64,000 nt of DNA from the NCBI GenBank assembly GCA_963822945.1, contig CAWGJO010000021.1, positions 96,001 through 160,000 of the forward strand. The letters run 5' to 3'. Below the pieces are notes generated by a model. It was not told the DNA's origin, did not search any database, and saw only the letters and a program-made list of their open reading frames with translations. This document shows, piece after piece, positions 55,495 to 64,000 of the stretch. Numbering within the stretch: position 1 is the stretch's first letter; every line of letters starts with the position of its first letter. The DNA is from an uncultured Gemmatimonadaceae bacterium (GTDB lineage Bacteria > Gemmatimonadota > Gemmatimonadetes > Gemmatimonadales > Gemmatimonadaceae). The translations under genes were made by a program, and so were the position numbers.

Positions 55495-56040
55495 ATGGGC
55501 CAATGGTCGGCGGTCGTCGGACGCAGCAAATTGGAAAAAGATCGGGTGGCCCTCGGGGTGGCCCAAGAGCTGGCCCGGCGCGGCATCCGGGTGGGCGGTT
55601 TCGTGCAGCTCCGCTCCCACGACGCCGAAGGTGAGCTGGTCGGCTGGGACGTGTGTCGGGTGAGCGACGGTACGCGCCATGCCCTGGCGCGGCGCTCGAA
55701 CGATCCGGATCTGTGCTCTTATCGCTTCGACGATGAAGCGTTCGCCGTGGCCAAAGCTTGGTCCCGCGAAGAACCAGCAGAAGTCATCTTCATCGGCGGT
55801 GTGGGCAAGCTGGAAGCCGCCGAGCGCGGGCACTGGCCGGTGCTGAGCGAGCTGGTGGAACGCAGCGACGGACCGCACGTGGTCGCCTGCATTCGGGACA
55901 CCTCGCTAGCCACCATCGCGCTGAGGCTTCCAGATCCGGTGGAAGCGCTCGAGCTTCCCGCCGAAGAGGATGCGGTGCGCGCCTTTACCGAGGCGCTGGT
56001 CGAGCGGGTGCGCTCACCAGGGGTTCGCGGGCCGGCATAG
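55495..56040 (+). CDS. DUF2478-family protein (NTPase-like)
   Basis: LARRGIRVGGFVQ, CSYRFD, GGVGKLEA...G. Confidence 0.6.
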   Translation: MGQWSAVVGRSKLEKDRVALGVAQELARRGIRVGGFVQLRSHDAEGELVGWDVCRVSDGTRHALARRSNDPDLCSYRFDDEAFAVAKAWSREEPAEVIFIGGVGKLEAAERGHWPVLSELVERSDGPHVVACIRDTSLATIALRLPDPVEALELPAEEDAVRAFTEALVERVRSPGVRGPA

Positions 56041-56783
56041 GCCGCCCTGACACGTCAGGATGCCCGCCGGCACGCAATCCGGATCGCCGCTGCAAGGAGC
56101 GAGGCAAACCTGCTCGGCGGCGCTGGCGCCATCCCCGCAGGTGAGGCCGGTCTCGCACTCCGTCGTGCCGAGCCCAGCGAGCACATACCGTTGCCCGTGC
56201 GACACGGCATGTAGGCCTGGCCGCAGGTGTCGAGCGCAGACGCCTGCCAGCCCAGCGCGTTGAAATCCGCGAATCGGCACAGCTCTCCCGTCGTTCCGCC
56301 GGACAGCGGCAGCGTCGTGCTCATCTCTTCGGGCGGCTGCTGACCGGGGCACGGGTCGGTCACGATCTTCAGCGGGAGATCCGCATCGCGCGCGATTTTC
56401 ACGTCGAAGGTCCAGTCGTAGATGCAGGAGCCGCACGCGGCGAGCAGACAGCCGGGGTTCGTGGCCCACAGCTCGAGCCCGGTCTCAGGGGTCTCCACTT
56501 TGCCCTTCCACTGCGCGCCGCAGCCTCCGGCGAAGTTCACCAGCGTGATGCGCAAAGCGTCTTCGCCCAAGGGCTCCCAGCGGATACAGGAAAGACCCGC
56601 GTAGGCATCCTCCGCCGTGAGCGCCTGGCCCGACTGCGCCTCCTTCTTGCACTTGCTGCCGGAGAACGCGACCAGCGCGCTGCCGGGCGAAGAACTGGAG
56701 CTGTTGTCATCCGACCCGCAAGCGCCGACCAACGCGGCGCTCGCGAACGCCAGGACCGAAAGCGTCAAGATCCTCTTCGACAT
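56014..56783 (-). CDS. Cys-rich lipoprotein (frameshift near 56185)
   Basis: Lipobox LVGA-C, NFAGGCG, CGSCIYDW; C-terminal CLAPCSGDPDC...TCQGGLC in the adjacent frame. Confidence 0.65.
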
Positions 56784-56841
56784 GTCGCCACCTCTCGGGC
56801 GAAGCGTAGCACCGCGCGAACGCCGCCCCGGGTGACCGAAG

Positions 56842-57838
<997 letters not shown>

Positions 57839-57870
57839 GGGCGACAAGGTACCCGAGGACTCGCCGGCCG

Positions 57871-58573
57871 TCAGCCGGCGCGGGGCGGGCGGCTTTTGCG
57901 AGCCTCGGCGGCGTGCCAACCGGGATTGCTGGCAAAAGCCGCGGCGCAGGTCAGCGAGCAGAACCAGAATTCCTCCCCGTGGTAGCGGAGGCGTCCGGCG
58001 GCGCCGCGGCGATCCACGGGCGTACGGCACACCGGGTCGATGGGGGTTTCCGTCACGCCCACCACCAGCGCCAGGGAGAAGAGCGGAATCGGGTCCCGAA
58101 CGTTCTTGAGCAATACGTTGCCGAGCTCGGCCACCGGAATGCCGAGGCCGCGAGCCGCCTCCGCGACAGGACCGGTGCCGAGCACCTCGCCGGCGTGGGC
58201 CTCGCCGGCGACGCGAGACGCGAGGTTCACCGCCGCGCCGAACACGTCGCCATCGCGTTCGACGGCATCGCCGTGGTGCAAGCCGGCTCGGAGTGCCGGA
58301 AAGCCTGGCTCACCCGCGGCGTAGGTCAGCAGCCGCTCGACCAAGGTAACGCCCGACAGCGGGTTCGGCGTCGTCACCAATACGGCGTCCCCGATGGTCT
58401 TCACCAGGCGGTCGCCCGGTTCGAGTGACTCCCGAGTGGAGATCGGCGAAGCGCGTCGCAACGTCCGCGGCGTCCTCGTCCCCCTGCGCTTCGGTGAGCG
58501 CAGTGTAACCAGCGAGGTCCACGAAACAGAAAGTCGCCTCGATGCGCGACGAAGTAGAGAGAGGTCCCGGCAC
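57871..58573 (-). CDS. Class III adenylate cyclase fused to a C-terminal YHS domain (frameshift near 58440)
   Basis: FVDLAGYTAL, VKTIGDAV, RAGLHHG, DVFGAAVNLASRV, LKNV; then DPVC...FWFCSLTC...F..NP. Confidence 0.82.
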
Positions 58574-58613
58574 GTCCCTATTCGAGTCTACACCCACCGT
58601 GTTACGCTGCGTC

Positions 58614-59702
58614 ATGTCAGAAGATGAAGGCCCGGTGTTTCGCTTTTTGCACCGGATCGGCGTGCCTGAAGGAATGGAGCAGCTGGTGCTCACCTTCGGC
58701 ACCGTCGCCATCTTCGGCATCGCCTTCGCGGCGTACTGGTTCGGAGAGCGCGTCCGCGTGGCCCGCGGCGGTATGTCCGACGACACCTACGTCGTGATCA
58801 AGTGGGGCTCGGACGCGCCCATCCCGGTGGACGTGAACGGCGACGGCGTGGAGGACATCGTTGGCGTGTACGTGGGCAAGCCCCGCGGCCGCTACCTGGG
58901 CGCTTTCAACGGCGTGGACAAGAAGCCGCTGTGGCGCTTCGGCCCCATCGACATCGCAACCGCGGTGGCAGGCGGTCTACCGCAATTCGGGAAGCAAGGT
59001 GACCTGCTGCTCTTGCACCAGAAGCGGCAGGGCACCGTCTTGAACGTCCACGACGGAAAGCCCACGGCAAAGTTCCCGCTACCGAACGCGCGCCTCGTGT
59101 GCGCCGGCGAGACCCCGACTTCGCCGTTAGTGCTGGGCACGACGTCACGCCGACCATCCGTTGCAAGTGGACATCTGCGACCGGCGCTCAGACCCCGCTG
59201 GACGGGTCGCCGCGTTTGCCAGCGCAGCATGGCCCATGCGCGCCAGACCGACGTCGCAACGCTCGGTGATCTCGCGCAGCACAAGCAGAGCTGGGCACTC
59301 GTCGATGGCACCACCGTCGTAGGCGTCGCCAACGGCCCTACCACCATTCCCACTGCGTACGGCTTCTCCGGCGAGGAGCGCGAGCCGAAATGGCAAACCG
59401 TATTGCTCCCCAGCGCCAAGCCCGGCGCTCTCGTGCTCGGCTCGAATCACGCGGATCTGGCCGGCGGCCGAGCCTTCATCGGCTACTGGTCGCAGACGGA
59501 CAAGAAGCAATGGGTGCTGGCCCTGGATGCCAAGACGGGCAAGGAACTGTGGCGCAGCCCCATCGACTCACCCGGCAGCTTCATGAAGAGCGTCTCTGCA
59601 TCGGAAAACCGAGTCTACGTCGTCGTGGGGGACTACCTGGTCGTCCTGGACGCCAAGACCGGCAAGGTCGTTCTCGACCTGGGCGTGGGCGACGACGAGT
59701 AG
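58614..59702 (+). CDS. Membrane-anchored PQQ-like beta-propeller protein
   Basis: One TM helix, FG-GAP-like DVNGDGVEDIVG, repeats LDAKTGKELW / LDAKTGKVV. Confidence 0.7.
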   Translation: MSEDEGPVFRFLHRIGVPEGMEQLVLTFGTVAIFGIAFAAYWFGERVRVARGGMSDDTYVVIKWGSDAPIPVDVNGDGVEDIVGVYVGKPRGRYLGAFNGVDKKPLWRFGPIDIATAVAGGLPQFGKQGDLLLLHQKRQGTVLNVHDGKPTAKFPLPNARLVCAGETPTSPLVLGTTSRRPSVASGHLRPALRPRWTGRRVCQRSMAHARQTDVATLGDLAQHKQSWALVDGTTVVGVANGPTTIPTAYGFSGEEREPKWQTVLLPSAKPGALVLGSNHADLAGGRAFIGYWSQTDKKQWVLALDAKTGKELWRSPIDSPGSFMKSVSASENRVYVVVGDYLVVLDAKTGKVVLDLGVGDDE

Positions 59703-59757
59703 CTCGCCGGCACGCGTTGCGTGAACGCGCGTGGGCCCTGCAACCGTTGCTGCCGCG

Positions 59758-59949
59758 CTACGTGTGGTGCCGGCGGTGTCGGTCCTCGTCCTGCTGTCGT
59801 GCCCACTCCGTCGCGACGACGAAAGCGACCACGACCGTGGCATAGAAGAGGCCGACGACCACGAAGTACCAACTGTTCAGCAGCGCGAAGATCGCGGCGG
59901 CAATGACTGCCAGACTGAACCACTGAATGATCTTCCAATGCTCGTTCAT
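59758..59949 (-). CDS. Small two-TM membrane protein
   Basis: GGAGGA before ATG; MNEHWKIIQWFSLAV... hydrophobic, 63 aa. Confidence 0.55.
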   Translation of the reverse strand: MNEHWKIIQWFSLAVIAAAIFALLNSWYFVVVGLFYATVVVAFVVATEWARQQDEDRHRRHHT

Positions 59950-60060
59950 GACGTCCTCCAAGAAGAGCAACGCCCGTGCCACCCCGAACCGAAAAAAGAA
60001 GATCCTTCCGTAGGGGATCCCTGCCGCACTCCGTCGGACCCTGTGAACAAGGAGATAACG

Positions 60061-60444
60061 ATGGATAGGAAGACCAAGACTTTCATGGGTTTGGCTGCTG
60101 CATTTGGAATCCTGCTGGCGGGAGTGACGGCCGCCCACGCCGCTCCGAACGGACCGGGAGCCAAGAAAGCCGAACGCATGGAAGCCCGGCAGGCCAAGAA
60201 GGCCAAGGGCGCGCGCGGCAAGCACCGAGGCGCTCGCTTCCAGAAGGCCGACAAGAACAAGGACGGCTTTTTGACCGAAGCCGAGGTCGGCGCCAAGCGC
60301 TGGAAGCGCATCAGCGTGGCCGACGCCAACAAGGACGCCAAGGTGAGCAAGGCCGAGCTCCGGCAGGCCTTCAAGGACGGCAAGCTCGGCCACCGCGGCA
60401 ACAAGGGCAAGCGCGGCAACAAGGGCAAGCAGAAGAAGTCCTGA
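60061..60444 (+). CDS. Secreted basic EF-hand protein
   Basis: AAGGAG before ATG, signal peptide AHA-A, DKNKDGFLTEAE and DANKDAKVSKAE. Confidence 0.8.
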   Translation: MDRKTKTFMGLAAAFGILLAGVTAAHAAPNGPGAKKAERMEARQAKKAKGARGKHRGARFQKADKNKDGFLTEAEVGAKRWKRISVADANKDAKVSKAELRQAFKDGKLGHRGNKGKRGNKGKQKKS

Positions 60445-60468
60445 TCACCCTCCAACGACCTCCAGCCC

Positions 60469-60510
60469 GCACCGCCGGACGCACCACGCGCGTTCGGCGG
60501 TGCACTTTTG
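60469..60510 (+). terminator. Probable intrinsic terminator
   Basis: 14-bp stem GCACCGCCGGACGC / GCGTTCGGCGGTGC (one G-U pair) followed by ACTTTT. Confidence 0.7.
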
Positions 60511-60791
60511 AGTGAGCCGCGAACCACGATGAACGCCAGCTTCTGGAGGAGTCCTTTTGGCCACCGCTCATCGCACCTACGCGCGAAGAAGAAGAAACCG
60601 TTGCGAGAAGTCACCCTCGCAAGTTATCTTCGAAGGTTTTTGTCGGCGGCCGCGTCGATTTTTTTTGCATGAGTGCGTGCATCTGTTGGTTGCTGAGGGG
60701 CGCGGCGGGCGGCTATCTTTTTCGGTCGCGGCTCTGTCTCATTTGCTTGCACTAAAGCAGGCCATGCAGCGGACCGTTCACGAGCCATACG

Positions 60792-63700
60792 ATGAGAATT
60801 GCCCGCCTTCGTCGCAGCGTATTGGGCCTACTTTCCGTCGCAATCGCCATCGGCTGCACCAAGAACGGCGCACAATCAATCCAGTCTCCGACGCGCGCCC
60901 AGGGTGCGTGCGGACAGGCCCGCGCGGCCGCCGATCCCGATGCAAAGAACCTTTCGGCGGAGGAAGAGCTCGACGCGCTGATGGCGGGTGACTCGAAGAG
61001 CGGGCTGTGCACCGACGTCGCGCGCATCGCGGTTCCGCCCCTAGTGGTGCTCGGCGACGCGGACAAGGCTTGGCTAGGCGAGGCTGCGGCCGAGGTCGTG
61101 GCTGCCCGCTTGAGTCAGGCTGAGGGCACCAGCGTACTGGAGCGCGCGGAGCTCGAGCGCATTATCGAGGAGCTGGAAAAGACTCGCGGCGAGGCAGGTG
61201 ATTCCGTCGTCGGCGCGGGCAAGCTGCTGGGCGCGCGCCTGCTGGTGACCGGTAAGATGTTTCCCAACGGGGACGGCAGCTTCAAAGGTGTGATCAAGGC
61301 GGTCGCAACCGAAACCGGCGTATGGCAGCCCGCCATCGAGTTCGATGCTCCGCTCGACTCGTGGTCGAATGCCGTCGCGACCGCTGCAGAGCGATTGCGC
61401 AAGTCGCTGGGCACCACGGTCACGGCCATCAGCGGACCGCCGCCCCTCGATGCGAAACGCTTGGAGACGGCGGCACGCGCATGGAGCTCCAGTACCAAGG
61501 CAAGACGCTGGATGCGCAGCCGCTCTACGCCAGGGCCTTGGACCGCCCCAGCAGCGCGTGGCGTTACGAGGCGGAGTACCTAAAGCTCATGAGCGACCTC
61601 GGCATGCGCGATTGGGTCCAGGACCGCGCCGACAAGCTCTTGTCGGCCATGCCGAACACTGCGGCCACCTCCTGCGACCGCGCGCGCATCACCACCGAGC
61701 GGTATCGCGTGGGTGACAAGGGTAGCGTGCGGGGCATGCGGCAGGCGGTGCGACTGGCCGCTTCGTGCGGAGACCCGGCGGTGATGGTCAACGCCCTCCT
61801 TCGCTACGAGCAGCAGGTGGGAAAAGTGTACGCACCGGCAGCAAATCGCGCCGTCGAGCTGGCCCAACAGCTCGCCCCCAAGGGCGGTGCTCTGTCGGAG
61901 TGTAGCGTGCGCTTTCACGCACTCTTCAACGATATCCATCGCAGGCTGCAGCGCGGCGAGAATGCTTCGAAAGACTGGCGCGATGTCGCCGGGCTCTGCG
62001 TCAAAGCCGGCAACTATCGAACCGGCGCCATCGCTCTTGGCAACGCCGCCGGCGAGGCGCGTACCGGCAAGCAACGCATCGAGCTCCGCGAGAAGGCTCT
62101 GAAGATGGCGCAAGGGGTGGGCGGTGCGTATCTCGACGAAGCCTATGTGTACTTGGCTGAGGAGCTCCGTTCGCAGGGCTATCCCAGCAAGGCAGACAAG
62201 ATGCTGCTCGATGCGATGGCCCATCGCCTCGACAAGATCATTGCGCTACACGGTGGCTTGCCCGACCCGGCCTCGCGGCTCGACGCGGATCTGCTCGCGC
62301 GCACGGGTGTGAAGTCGCCGTCGGCGCCCAAGCGCTCCCTCAACGAGGGCGACGCGCTGTTGGCCAAGGCTTACAACGTGGACCTGGCTTCGTTGCTCCG
62401 TGAGTGGGCCAAGCGAACCGCCCCCGAGTCTCAGCGACAGGCCAACGTCTAACGAGCGTCGCCGCGCTCTTGGATCCGCCGGAGGACGGCGTCGATCTGG
62501 AGTCGCTGGAAGGTCAAGAAAAGCTCGAAAAGAGCCTAGCACGCAGCGGCATGACCCTGGCCGAACTCAGCGGAGCGAACGAAGCTCCACTCAGGGGTGA
62601 CAGCGCCGACTTGCGAAAAGCCTTCGACGCACTGTGGGTGCGCTACTGGGAGCTCAAGGGGAACAGTGAGGCCGTCGAAGCCGAGCGCGAACGAGTGGTG
62701 AGCTTGGCCAAGAAGGTCGCCTCCTGGCTAGAAGAACCCCACACCAACTTGAATGCGTTGCGTCTCGAAGCGCTAATGCTCGCTTCGCACGGCAAGACCG
62801 ATGCGGCGCAAGCCGCCATCACGGCTGCACGCCGAATGACAGAGCAGCAACCCGCGATGCTGTACTTCACCTTGAACGACGCCGCAGCCGTGGCGGCGAA
62901 CGTGCGTCCCAAGGCCAAGGTGGCCGCCTACACGGCGCGCCTGGATGCCGCGCGCGTACTCACGAACCGCCAGCGCGCTCAAGCAGCGTACGATCTCGGG
63001 TATGCCGCGATCGGCGTCGATTCCTCCGCGACGCAAGCAGCCAAGAAAGAGCTCCGCGACATCGAAGCTCAGACGGAGAGAAAGCGGCAACTACGAGACG
63101 GCGGCGTCCTGTCTCTCCAACCTGGCCTGGCTCGAGAATGCGTCAAGTGCATGCTACCGGCACGGTCGAAGCGATTGCGCTGCAACGCCGTCGCGCAGAG
63201 GTCATCGAAAAGCTCGGCGACCCATTGCGCTCGCTCGAAGCTCAGGCGGACGTGCTGCTCACGCGATCTCGCGAGCGTACTCGCACCAGTATCGCGGCGG
63301 CGCGGAGAAGGCCCTCGAGGCTAATCGCATGGTCGGTCTGCTGAAGATCGACGGCATCGGCATGAAAGCCCGGGCGTTGGCCAAGGCGGGCCGCTATCGC
63401 GAAGCGGCACGAGTCGTGGCGCGATTGCCCTCTCGGACCTCCAAGATAGACGCGCTGGCGGCAGAAGCCCTGGGAATGGGCCGGTCACTTCGAGGACAGC
63501 GCTGAGCACCCCAGCTTGGTCGGCAGCCTGTATTCGAAACGCGCCTTCCTCACCAAGAGCGCTTCAAAGGCTCGGGAGTTTCGCAAGAAGTCGACCGAGG
63601 CCTACCTGAAAGCGAAGGACGTGGCTAAAGCCGCAGCCCAGCTCGAGTACAGCTTGAAGAACTCCGCCAACAACGACGACTTCGCGACACTGCTGGATCG

Positions 63701-64000
63701 AGTGCATGGACGTCGTCAAAGGCGCGCCCGCCTACGAGGCAGAGTGCGCCCGGGGTGCCATGCACTACGCGAACAAGGACACCGGGCTCTCGGCCGCAAC
63801 GCTGAATCGAGTCGTTGCCCTCGGCCAGCGCGCCCTGCCCGAATTCGACAAGGCCTTCGGCCCCATCGACCGCATCACCTACCGCGGCTACCTGTCCGCG
63901 ACCTACGCGCTCGCGGGCAATCAAGCCGAGAGTCGCAAAATCAACGCCTACGTGCGTGACTACTACACGCGCGCCTCACCCAACCCCTACCAGCTGGTGA
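60792..64000 (+). CDS. Large lipoprotein with N-terminal CsgG/FlgO-like domain and long helical (TPR-like) body; several frameshifts; runs off the window
   Basis: Lipobox AIG-C; VLERAELERIIEE...GKLLGARLLVTG; protein-like reading passes between ORFs 60792, 61322, 62404, 62945 and 63516. Confidence 0.55.

Overview
A high-GC bacterial window made of three blocks. (1) 1-17.5 kb is core-like: a MacA-type adaptor and one ABC ATPase serving six MacB/FtsX-type permeases in three pairs (interrupted by a putative beta-barrel gene and an OmpA/Pal-domain gene), then bshB1, a cysteine desulfurase, mnmA and a convergent grpE-dnaJ. Gene content and style suggest Gemmatimonadota (inference). (2) 17.5-47.9 kb is a ~30 kb surface-polysaccharide island: Wzx flippase, Wzy/O-antigen-ligase-like protein, three GT4 glycosyltransferases, two deacetylases, DegT-like aminotransferase, two LMW phosphatases, and two lipoproteins sharing a duplicated jelly-roll/lyase-like domain. 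It is unusually rich in amide/acyl-forming enzymes: two AsnB amidotransferases, a FemAB-like protein, a second GNAT, an ATP-grasp ligase, a CoA-ligase-like protein and a stand-alone C-A-T-TE NRPS module with a glycine-type A-domain code, a DCL-like C domain and an apparent Cys-nucleophile TE. Several operon starts carry sigma54 -24/-12 motifs. This NRPS-equipped glycan-tailoring system is the best candidate for an undescribed system. (3) After an abrupt junction near 47.93 kb, where two truncated genes collide head-on, the sequence looks Myxococcota-like: Gly/Cys-rich lipoproteins, czcICBA-type efflux, DUF2478, cysK, an adenylate cyclase-YHS fusion, a PQQ-like propeller, an EF-hand protein and a large CsgG-like/helical lipoprotein running off the end. 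The window may therefore be chimeric. Many single-base frameshifts look like long-read consensus errors. No tRNA, rRNA, CRISPR array or transposase was recognised.
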